A DNA stretch of 39,137 nucleotides, taken from a virus. The position numbers and the translations under genes were made by a program. Of the stretch, positions 25,470 to 32,208 are shown piece after piece. Numbering within the stretch: position 1 is the stretch's first letter; every line of letters begins with the position of its first letter. The notes under the pieces were generated by a model. The model saw only the letters and a program-made list of their open reading frames with translations, was not told where the DNA came from and searched no databases. The DNA lies in IMG/VR virus record IMGVR_UViG_3300048599_000025; one strand, 5' to 3'.

Positions 25470-25733
25470 ATGCCTATGACGCCCTATGGGATGGCTGAAC
25501 AGATCGAAAGCGCATTTACCTATCACAATCCGCTTCCTGGTCAGCCTGAACGGTACACCGCGCTTCGTGATGAGGCAAAGGAATTTGCCCACATGATTAA
25601 CGATATGTGCCCGCAAAGTCGTGAAAAGAGTTTGGCGCTCACGAAGCTTGAGGAAACCATAATGTGGGCAAACGCGGCCATTGCCAGGCACGATAACCCT
25701 GAAACCTCGAGAATTTTTGTCAAGGAGGAATAA
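25470..25733 (+). CDS. Putative Acb2/Tad1-like (DUF7681-type) helical-hairpin protein; candidate signalling-nucleotide sponge
   Basis: 87 aa, soluble. The pattern F-x-YH-x-P...ERY..LRDEAKEFA..I...CP.SREKSLALTKLEETIMWANAAIAR matches my recollection of this family's consensus. Not verified by any search. Confidence 0.4.
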   Translation: MPMTPYGMAEQIESAFTYHNPLPGQPERYTALRDEAKEFAHMINDMCPQSREKSLALTKLEETIMWANAAIARHDNPETSRIFVKEE

Positions 25734-25735
25734 CC

Positions 25736-25930
25736 ATGCAGAATCGTTTTAAATCCAAGGTTGTTTGGCTGGCCATCACTTCCACGCTTTTGACCCTGTT
25801 TGGGCATTTGGGGCTGTATGAAACACTAGGCATTACGCCGGAATGGGCACAGGGGGTTGTTGATTCTGTGCTGGCCATCCTTGTAGCGTTCGGCGTGCTG
25901 AACAACCCAACTGATAAAGAATCTTTCTGA
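25736..25930 (+). CDS. Holin (phiLC3-type, two TM helices)
   Basis: 64 aa. NRFKSKVVWLAITSTLLTLFGHL...VVDSVLAILVAFGVLNNPTDK resembles the phiLC3 holin family. Confidence 0.65.
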   Translation: MQNRFKSKVVWLAITSTLLTLFGHLGLYETLGITPEWAQGVVDSVLAILVAFGVLNNPTDKESF

Positions 25931-26015
25931 GTTGTCGCAAAATCCTTGACAACTGAAGGGCAGTGATGGCCCTTGATCTAAGCGCTACGGCGCGACAAAT
26001 GCAAGTAGCACAATT

Positions 26016-26044
26016 GCCCGGCCGTGTGCCGGGCTTTTTTGTTT
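26016..26044 (+). terminator. Intrinsic terminator ending the late/lysis operon
   Basis: GCCCGGC-cgtgt-GCCGGGC followed by TTTTTTGTTT. Confidence 0.8.
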
Positions 26045-26106
26045 GCGCGGAAATACTTCTTTTTGCTGCTTTGGGACAAGCTAATGCGGTACATGAGCGT
26101 GCACTA

Positions 26107-26134
26107 TTGCATAATTGTGGAAGCGTGGTATAAT
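26107..26134 (+). promoter_or_regulatory. Sigma-70-type promoter of the moron
   Basis: TTGCAT (26107-26112), 16-nt spacer, extended -10 TGgTATAAT (TATAAT at 26129-26134). Confidence 0.6.
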
Positions 26135-26178
26135 ACAGGCAAATGGACAAGCACGACCGACCTGGCAGGGGGATCGTT

Positions 26179-26343
26179 ATGAAAATTTTGGTTTTAGTCA
26201 TCGCTTTAATGGCCGCGCTTCATGGGTTTGGGGCCCCGGTCGTCGGAATGACATGCAAGGCAAATTATCCGGTGAACGAGCAGGCCGACATCTTCCCAGA
26301 TGGATATTTCAGCGCCTTTGCAGAAGCACATCCGATTAAGTAA
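26179..26343 (+). CDS. Small secreted/membrane peptide (moron, possible lysogenic-conversion gene)
   Basis: 54 aa from the internal ATG 26179, after GGGGGA. Signal-peptide-like MKILVLVIALMAALHGFGA. Has its own promoter and terminator. Confidence 0.5.
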   Translation: MKILVLVIALMAALHGFGAPVVGMTCKANYPVNEQADIFPDGYFSAFAEAHPIK

Positions 26344-26356
26344 ATACCGACCGTGC

Positions 26357-26381
26357 AGCGCTCCGAAAGGGGCGCTTTTTA
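26357..26381 (+). terminator. Intrinsic terminator of the moron
   Basis: AGCGCTCC-gaaa-GGGGCGCT followed by TTTTT. Confidence 0.65.
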
Positions 26382-26389
26382 TTTGCTTT

Positions 26390-26613
26390 GTGTGACCAGT
26401 GCAGCGACCAGCAGCGCAACATTTTTTGCAACTGGGCAATTCTTTTCTTGATAAGCCAAAATCAAAAAACGTGTTGTTTTGCAACGGTATGCTGGGCCGC
26501 TTCCGCATTATTCTGTTTGTTGTAAACTTACCATAATGTTGATTAGTTTTCAAGGACAAGGTCTTGTATATAATGACTTTCCGGCTATTTGCGACCAGTA
26601 TGTGACCAACCGG
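26390..26613. other. Putative attP region with paired direct repeats (candidate integrase arm sites)
   Basis: G(T/C)GACCA(G/A) occurs at 26392, 26404, 26591 and 26602, all in the same orientation and bracketing an AT-rich centre. TTTTGCAAC occurs at 26425 and 26478. The region adjoins the 3' end of int. Confidence 0.45.
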
Positions 26614-27747
26614 TTAAATCTTTTCTATTATCGAGCGTATTGATTCTAGATCGGCAGATTGATAATATTTGGTCATTTCAGCGCTTGCGTGGCCCATAAG
26701 CGCCGCCTTGTCCGTGTCGGAACCCTGTACGTTTTTCATGAGGTTTGCAAAAGTGTGGCGGCAGCAGTAAGGTACGTACAGCGCCTTCTCTCCTTTTTCT
26801 GGTACCTTCTGAATTCCCAGTTCTGCCATTGCCGGATAAAATAACTCGTCTCTAAAATAAGAGTCTGTCATTCTGCTCCCGTCTGGTCTTGAAAAGATAT
26901 ACGGATTTGCCTTTAAAACCAACTCGCGAATAATTGGCGAAATCTTTGGAGAAACAGGAATCGGTCTATCAGTGCCGGCTTCTGTCTTAAACCCGCCTAT
27001 GAGTGTATTTTCTGTGGGATCATATGCGTCACGTTGAAGTTCTAACATTTCTCCTGGCCTGAACCCGGTATGGATCATGCAGTATATATAATCAGCTCCA
27101 TAAACTATGCCTACAGCTTTTCGTATCGTTTCTACCTGCTCCGCTGAAAAGGCGGGGCGCGTGGTTTTTACTCCGTCCCCAGTGTTTAGATATTGCGCAT
27201 AGTTCATATCGCTGATGTGGCGCGGGAGAGCATATTTGTATAGCAACGTCCCTAGAGTCTTCATATTCTCATGTGTACGCTTCCCTCTTTGGCAATTATC
27301 CATGCACTCCTGCAAATCATCCAGACCTATGCTTATAAACGGCATGTTAAATACATCCGCATAGTAATTCTTTGCGGCTCGGTAGCACCTCATTGTGCTT
27401 TCTTCAATACTGTTTTCGTGAGACGTACACCATGCATCGTAAACCTGCAAGAAAGTAAATTTTGCAACCTTATCCGCTTTTGTTTGTGCAAGAGTTGGTA
27501 TGTAAGCAAGCGCCGCCTTTTTTGTTGCAAATCCTCCCTTTCTTCGCTTTACATGTCCTTCTCCTTGAGGCACAGATATGGCTGCCGTCCATGTCTTTCC
27601 TCTTTTGTACGCTGAGCCTGTCCCATTTGCACGAGTACGTGGGTTATTTGCTTTATCTTCATCTTTTGCTTTTAATACCTTTTTCGCGCAATAACAGCAC
27701 AAAACAGAATCTTCAGGTATGCTTTTGTTGCACTTTTGACAAATCAT
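26614..27747 (-). CDS. int: Tyrosine integrase with an N-terminal zinc ribbon
   Basis: 377 aa. N-terminal CQKC...CCYC. C-terminal catalytic-domain motifs HTGFRPGE, CRHTFANL and LMGHASAEMTKYY. Confidence 0.9.
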   Translation of the reverse strand: MICQKCNKSIPEDSVLCCYCAKKVLKAKDEDKANNPRTRANGTGSAYKRGKTWTAAISVPQGEGHVKRRKGGFATKKAALAYIPTLAQTKADKVAKFTFLQVYDAWCTSHENSIEESTMRCYRAAKNYYADVFNMPFISIGLDDLQECMDNCQRGKRTHENMKTLGTLLYKYALPRHISDMNYAQYLNTGDGVKTTRPAFSAEQVETIRKAVGIVYGADYIYCMIHTGFRPGEMLELQRDAYDPTENTLIGGFKTEAGTDRPIPVSPKISPIIRELVLKANPYIFSRPDGSRMTDSYFRDELFYPAMAELGIQKVPEKGEKALYVPYCCRHTFANLMKNVQGSDTDKAALMGHASAEMTKYYQSADLESIRSIIEKI

Positions 27748-27807
27748 ATACAGGCCCCTTTCTCCTATTATCGATCATATTTTGCATGTGTGTTGTTTTA
27801 TAATCTA

Positions 27808-27836
27808 TTGTAATTCACAATTTTAAGTGGTACAAT
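27808..27836 (+). promoter_or_regulatory. Candidate promoter firing toward the 3' end of the repressor gene
   Basis: TTGTAA (27808-27813), 17-nt spacer, extended -10 TGgTACAAT (TACAAT at 27831-27836). Confidence 0.45.
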
Positions 27837-27862
27837 CTTATAAAAAAGAAGGGATTAATTGT

Positions 27863-28021
27863 ATGATAAAGCGTAAAACCGGGATGCGGGAAATTATTTC
27901 CGCCTATAGGAAGCTGGATCATAAAAAAAGAGAAATGTTCATCAGACACCTCGAAGCCCTTCAAGAACCTGCAAGGCAAGTTTCTTCTTCTCAGCAGAAA
28001 GGCCGTTATACAGTTCAATGA
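27863..28021 (+). CDS. Candidate 52-aa ORF convergent with, and overlapping, the repressor 3' end
   Basis: ATG 27863, 8 nt after AAGGGA. MIKRKTGMREIISAYRKLDHKKREMFIRHLEALQEP.... The last 80 nt are antisense to the repressor gene. Confidence 0.3.
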   Translation: MIKRKTGMREIISAYRKLDHKKREMFIRHLEALQEPARQVSSSQQKGRYTVQ

Positions 28022-28265
28022 GTATTTTTGTTTCATCGTCTGATATTGATTTGATTGCACTGGTTGCATCACCTTCTATAATGTCGCTTTTCTTTAGACC
28101 GAAGTGGTCAGCTATTCTTTGTATGTAGCCCATTCGTGGGATTTTAGTACCCAACTCCCAGTTGGAAACCGCCTGCCCGGATACCCCCGCTATATCTGCT
28201 ATATCCGCCTGTGTCATCCCCATAGATTCCCGAAGCTTCTTAATGTTGTCCCCAATTACGTTCAT
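27942..28265 (-). CDS. CI-like repressor (XRE-family HTH, no S24 peptidase domain)
   Basis: Internal ATG at 28265-28263 after GGGTGG. 107 aa. IKKLRESMGMTQADIADIAGVSGQAVSNWELG. Divergent from the cro-like gene. Confidence 0.8.
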   Translation of the reverse strand: MNVIGDNIKKLRESMGMTQADIADIAGVSGQAVSNWELGTKIPRMGYIQRIADHFGLKKSDIIEGDATSAIKSISDDETKILIELYNGLSAEKKKLALQVLEGLRGV

Positions 28266-28305
28266 ATGTACCACCCTTTCATTATAGTGTGTTTTTTCTT
28301 GCACA

Positions 28306-28334
28306 ATAATACACCATAAGTTTAAAGAATGCAA
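28306..28334 (-). promoter_or_regulatory. Candidate repressor-maintenance promoter
   Basis: On the - strand: TTGCAT (28334-28329), 17-nt spacer, TATTAT (28311-28306). Confidence 0.4.
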
Positions 28335-28363
28335 ATATATTTTCGGAAATTATATTTTTGTTG

Positions 28364-28392
28364 TTGACATCCAACTTAAAGTTTAGTATAAT
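28364..28392 (+). promoter_or_regulatory. Early lytic promoter (PR-like)
   Basis: Consensus TTGACA (28364-28369), 17-nt spacer, consensus TATAAT (28387-28392). About 25 nt upstream of the cro-like gene. Confidence 0.75.
28372..28384. promoter_or_regulatory. Palindromic operator candidate O1 (CAACTT-A-AAGTTT) inside the PR spacer
   Basis: Inverted repeat AACTT/AAGTT lying between the -35 and -10 elements of the lytic promoter. Confidence 0.5.
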
Positions 28393-28416
28393 GAGTACAT
28401 AAAAGGAGGTGATAAA

Positions 28417-28641
28417 TTGTATACGCAAATAGGACAGGAAACGGCATATACTCCCAAGCAGGCCCGCAAGCTCAGGGACAAAACACAGCGGTCAGCAGCT
28501 GAAGCTATTGGAATAACTGTATGGATGTATCGGTCTCTTGAGGAAAACCCGGAAAAGTTTACGGTTCCGCAGTCTAAGGCATTCAGCAAGTTTGTAGACA
28601 TCCCATACGATCAAATTTTTTTTGACCGCCTCTCAACTTAA
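28417..28641 (+). CDS. Cro-like HTH regulator
   Basis: TTG start 5 nt after AGGAGGTG. 74 aa. ...QRSAAEAIGITVWMYRSLE... is HTH-like. First gene of the rightward operon. Confidence 0.6.
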   Translation: MYTQIGQETAYTPKQARKLRDKTQRSAAEAIGITVWMYRSLEENPEKFTVPQSKAFSKFVDIPYDQIFFDRLST

Positions 28642-28646
28642 AGTTG
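28634..28646. promoter_or_regulatory. Palindromic operator candidate O2 (CAACTT-A-AAGTTG)
   Basis: Same 13-bp palindrome as O1, 262 bp downstream, spanning the stop codon of the cro-like gene. Confidence 0.45.
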
Positions 28647-28662
28647 TAAAGGGGATAAACTT

Positions 28663-28872
28663 ATGAGCATTTCAGACATCGAAAAGTTGGAGGATCTAAC
28701 TATCACTCCACAAGTCGCATCCCTGGTACTTGGGTGTGATCCGCAAAACATCAGAGATCAGGCACATTCAAACCCTTCAATGCTTGGTTTCCCAGTAATC
28801 GTGCACGGAAGCCGCGTGAAGATTCCCCGCATACCTTTTATAAAGTATTTGACCGGGAAGGAGAACCGATGA
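28663..28872 (+). CDS. Excisionase-type (HTH_17/MerR-like) DNA-binding protein
   Basis: 69 aa. ITPQVASLVLGCDPQNIR...GFPVI..GSRVKIPRIPFIKYL resembles the Xis/AlpA-type fold. Confidence 0.45.
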   Translation: MSISDIEKLEDLTITPQVASLVLGCDPQNIRDQAHSNPSMLGFPVIVHGSRVKIPRIPFIKYLTGKENR

Positions 28873-29645
28873 ACGAACTCAAGATATTCGAGAACCCCGC
28901 ATTTGGAAGCGTCCGCACCGTACTAAAGGACAATGAACCGTGGTTTGTATCCTCTGATGTATGCAAGGTGCTGGGCCTTGAGCAAGTAAGCCGCGCAATG
29001 GATCGCATTGATCCAGACGAGAGGGGGTTATTAGAAGTAACCCACCCCCAAAGCGAAGGAAAAACAATGCTGGTCAATGGCGTAAATGAGTACGGGCTCT
29101 ACGCTTTGGTTCTTGCTTCCACAAAAGATGAAGCGAAAGCCTTCAAGCGCTGGATCACCCATGAAGTCATCCCCGACATCCGGCGCCACGGCATGTACGC
29201 CACCGCCGATACCGTGGACAAGCTGCTGAACGATCCCGACACGGCAATCAAGATGCTACAGCAGTACAAGGAAGAAAAGGCAAAACGGGTAGCACTGGAG
29301 GCCCAGGCAGAGCAGGACAAGCCCAAAGTGCTCTTCGCAGACAGCGTTGCCGCTTCCCGGCACTCCATCCTGATCGGCGAACTGGCGAAGCTGCTCAAGC
29401 AGAACGGCATCCAGATCGGGCAAAACAGGCTGTTCCAAGACTTGCGCAACGACGGTTACCTTTGCAAGGGCGGTGAGCGCTACAACCTCCCGACACAGCG
29501 CAGCATGGAAGCCGGCTGGTTCGATCTCAAGGAAACCACCATCAACAGGCCCGACGGCGCGGTGATGGTCACCAGGACCACGAAAGTTACCGGTCGCGGG
29601 CAAATCTACTTCATCAATCGGTACTTGGGACAAAAGGAAGCGTAA
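28869..29645 (+). CDS. Antirepressor (Bro-N domain plus KilA-C/ANT domain)
   Basis: 258 aa. Bro-N-type LKIFENPAFGSVRTVLKDNEPWFVSSDVCKVLG. C-terminal KilAC-like ...VLFADSVAASRHSILIGELAKLLKQNGIQIGQNRLF.... Confidence 0.85.
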   Translation: MNELKIFENPAFGSVRTVLKDNEPWFVSSDVCKVLGLEQVSRAMDRIDPDERGLLEVTHPQSEGKTMLVNGVNEYGLYALVLASTKDEAKAFKRWITHEVIPDIRRHGMYATADTVDKLLNDPDTAIKMLQQYKEEKAKRVALEAQAEQDKPKVLFADSVAASRHSILIGELAKLLKQNGIQIGQNRLFQDLRNDGYLCKGGERYNLPTQRSMEAGWFDLKETTINRPDGAVMVTRTTKVTGRGQIYFINRYLGQKEA

Positions 29646-29657
29646 AGGAGGCCCCTC

Positions 29658-30074
29658 ATGATCCTTCCCATCACAAAAGACATCGACACCCTTCACACCG
29701 TCAGCGAGCCCGCCTCATGGGAAGATGACCGCCGTGTGGTGATCGACCTGCTTAACACTGCCCAGGCCCACGAAGACCGCTGCGCCGGACTTGCTGCAAT
29801 CCAGATTGGCATACCCAAGCGCGTGATCGTTGTGAAGATGGGCAGTCGGTTCGCTGCCATGCTGAATCCAGTGATCCTGTGGCGGTCAAAGGAAACCTAC
29901 ACTGCCGAAGAAGGCTGTTTGAGCCTGGACGGTACGCGCAAGGTGAAGCGACATGAGGCTGTCAAGGTTGGCTATCAAGACCGCAACGGCAAGCGCAGGC
30001 TTGAGCAGTACGGCGGCATGATCGCTGAAATCATCCAGCACGAAGTAGACCATTGCAACGGGATATTGATTTGA
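29658..30074 (+). CDS. def: Peptide deformylase
   Basis: 138 aa with all three PDF motifs: GLAAIQIG, EGCLS and QHEVDH. Confidence 0.85.
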   Translation: MILPITKDIDTLHTVSEPASWEDDRRVVIDLLNTAQAHEDRCAGLAAIQIGIPKRVIVVKMGSRFAAMLNPVILWRSKETYTAEEGCLSLDGTRKVKRHEAVKVGYQDRNGKRRLEQYGGMIAEIIQHEVDHCNGILI

Positions 30075-30088
30075 AAGGAGCGGTACAA

Positions 30089-30376
30089 ATGAACCCCTGT
30101 CTGAACTGCGGACAAGCCCCATCACTCCGTACTATCGACGTTACCTCCATCTCCGTCGCCTGTTACTTGCACTGTGAATGCGGGGCAAACACAGAATGGC
30201 ATTTCAAAGCCAGCAAGTGCCTTGAGGAATGGAACAAGAGCAATCCTGCCCAGCCTGTCGAGCTGGTTCAGCCTGTGCAGACGGTTCAGCCCATAGCAAA
30301 GCAGCCTGTCAAGCAGCAGCCCAGCAGGGCCATGAAGGCGCCACTACAAGCAAAGGAGGCGTATGGGTATGCCTGA
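30089..30376 (+). CDS. Lar-like (restriction-alleviation family) zinc-ribbon protein with a Pro/Gln-rich tail
   Basis: ATG 30089 after AAAGGAG. 95 aa. CLNCG...CECG...EEWNKSN resembles the Lar family pattern CPFCG...C..CG...AWN.R. Confidence 0.5.
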   Translation: MNPCLNCGQAPSLRTIDVTSISVACYLHCECGANTEWHFKASKCLEEWNKSNPAQPVELVQPVQTVQPIAKQPVKQQPSRAMKAPLQAKEAYGYA

Positions 30377-30620
30377 CACCAACAGGCCCGTAACGGCGCA
30401 GGAGGCAAGGCCACAGATAACAGACGAAGAGAAATACGCGATGGGCCTTGCGTTTGCTTTCGCTGTCCTGTCTGACGAAAAGACAGAAAGAAAGTTTTCG
30501 ATGACGAGATACGGCAGTCCGTTCGGTAACTATGTTTATCTCCCTGATGCGAGGGAGGCTGTGCGCAAAGCATGGGAGGCCACTCAGCCTAAACGGGAAA
30601 GCGAGGCCCCCAATGCTTAA
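30363..30620 (+). CDS. Hypothetical protein
   Basis: 85 aa. ATG 30369 has better spacing from AGGAGG (30354-30359). Confidence 0.5.
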   Translation: MGMPDTNRPVTAQEARPQITDEEKYAMGLAFAFAVLSDEKTERKFSMTRYGSPFGNYVYLPDAREAVRKAWEATQPKRESEAPNA

Positions 30621-30712
30621 GCTCTGGCTCTGGTGTAAAAGACTTTTCCGAGTTTTACGCTTGGTGGACATGTACGAAGTGGGATACAGGACATTGCGAT
30701 AGGAGGATACAC

Positions 30713-31525
30713 ATGAAAATCAACGGTTTGCAGATCGAAACGCTCAAGGGGAAGTTTGCGAGGTATGGGCTTACCGCAGACGGAAAGATGAACCTTCAGC
30801 ATGTAAACGCTTCTATGTTCGCCGTTCCGTCTGTGTCGCTCAATATGGAAGAAGACGGTGAGTATGCTGCCGAGCACGCAGCAGCCGCCTCTATCCTGCT
30901 TGTGGATGATGTGCCGCAGAAACCCGCGCAGGACAAGCCCCGTGTGTACACGATGGATGACTTCAAGCGGGGCGGGATTGTAGTTACGTTCGCTAATGAT
31001 GGCGAAAAGATACGGTTTCTTACGGAGTGCGGAAAAGTGGGGTGTGTTCGGTTTAACGGACAAAGCCCAACCTTGCTCGATGCCAAATATACGGATGCGG
31101 TTCATTACGATAGCTTCCTTACTTACGCCTCGCCTTCTTATTATGCTGAGAATGGCTACACTCTTATCCCCTTCTCCTCCTTCAACTTCGCCCAGCCCTC
31201 TCCCCTCTACACCGCCACGATCACCGAGCAGACCACCGTCGCCGAGATCAACGCCATCATTGACCGGCTCCGCAAGATTCGCTTTGAGAGGCGGCAGGCC
31301 GATATGATGCTGGAAGAGGACCGGCCAGCAAAGGTCGGGGAGTATGTGAAGATCGTCAAAGCGCTTTCATTCAGCGGAAGGTACTCAAATGGCGACATCC
31401 TCAATGTGTATGAGGAAATGGGACACGGATGCGTAATGGCGCACAACAGTAAAAACGAAATTTGCGGTTTGTGGCCCGAAGAATACCGCGTCCTCCCCAA
31501 CTGGCACCCGGAGGCAGCCAAATGA
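30713..31525 (+). CDS. Hypothetical protein (270 aa)
   Basis: AGGAGGA RBS. Long clean ORF with no recognisable motifs. Confidence 0.6.
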   Translation: MKINGLQIETLKGKFARYGLTADGKMNLQHVNASMFAVPSVSLNMEEDGEYAAEHAAAASILLVDDVPQKPAQDKPRVYTMDDFKRGGIVVTFANDGEKIRFLTECGKVGCVRFNGQSPTLLDAKYTDAVHYDSFLTYASPSYYAENGYTLIPFSSFNFAQPSPLYTATITEQTTVAEINAIIDRLRKIRFERRQADMMLEEDRPAKVGEYVKIVKALSFSGRYSNGDILNVYEEMGHGCVMAHNSKNEICGLWPEEYRVLPNWHPEAAK

Positions 31526-31573
31526 GCACATCAAAAAGCCCCACACAGTCGACAAGCGAAGTGGAGGGATAAC

Positions 31574-31804
31574 GTGCTGGTATTCGATAAGGAACTCTGG
31601 GTGAAAGACATGGGATTTAAAAACGATGCTTCGCTAATATGGCCATCACTTGCAAACGGCAAACCGGTCCGCGAATTTGGATTTAGCGAACAGTCTACGT
31701 GTGAGGCGTACGGAAGAAAATATTTAGTTCTCCGCTCATGGTGCCGCGAAGTACCCGACGCAAAAAGCCCCGCACCCGTTGCAGCGGACGCGGAGCAAGC
31801 CTAA
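31574..31804 (+). CDS. Hypothetical protein (GTG start)
   Basis: 76 aa, GGAGGG RBS. Confidence 0.45.
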   Translation: MLVFDKELWVKDMGFKNDASLIWPSLANGKPVREFGFSEQSTCEAYGRKYLVLRSWCREVPDAKSPAPVAADAEQA

Positions 31805-31839
31805 ACAATTCAAGACAAGTATCGCACGAAAGAGAGGAT

Positions 31840-32208
31840 ATGTCAATGACGCTTTCTATGCAGACCCTTCAAACCATCTCCACTATCTCCTTCATAGTCA
31901 TGGTCTGCGCCCTGCTGGCCCTTGCCTGCATCGGCGCGAAGGCTAGAGTTCCCCGCAGCAAGGAGTACACGCATGCGGTTGAATCCCTGCCTACCCTCCC
32001 GCCCATCGGCACCATTCCCAAAGGCCACAGGAAGCCTTCTGCCGATGTGCGCCGGACGATGGGCATTATGTCTGCCCTTGACCGTGGAACGCCCGCAAGC
32101 TATGTAGCGGCGAACTACGGCTACGGTAGCGTATCGCAAATGGAGAAGGTCATCAAGAAGAACCGCAAGCGGGCGCGGGCTGAATTGAGTAGGGAGGGCG
32201 TGGTATGA
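31840..32208 (+). CDS. Membrane-anchored protein with a C-terminal HTH-like segment
   Basis: Internal ATG 31840 after AGAGAGGA. TM helix ISTISFIVMVCALLALACIGA. C-terminal ...GTPASYVAANYGYGSVSQMEKVIKKNRKR. Confidence 0.45.
   Translation: MSMTLSMQTLQTISTISFIVMVCALLALACIGAKARVPRSKEYTHAVESLPTLPPIGTIPKGHRKPSADVRRTMGIMSALDRGTPASYVAANYGYGSVSQMEKVIKKNRKRARAELSREGVV

Noticed and set aside
27815-28072. 85-aa - strand ORF between int and the repressor
   Set aside because: It overlaps the repressor 3' end in another frame, has nonsense-like composition and lacks an RBS.
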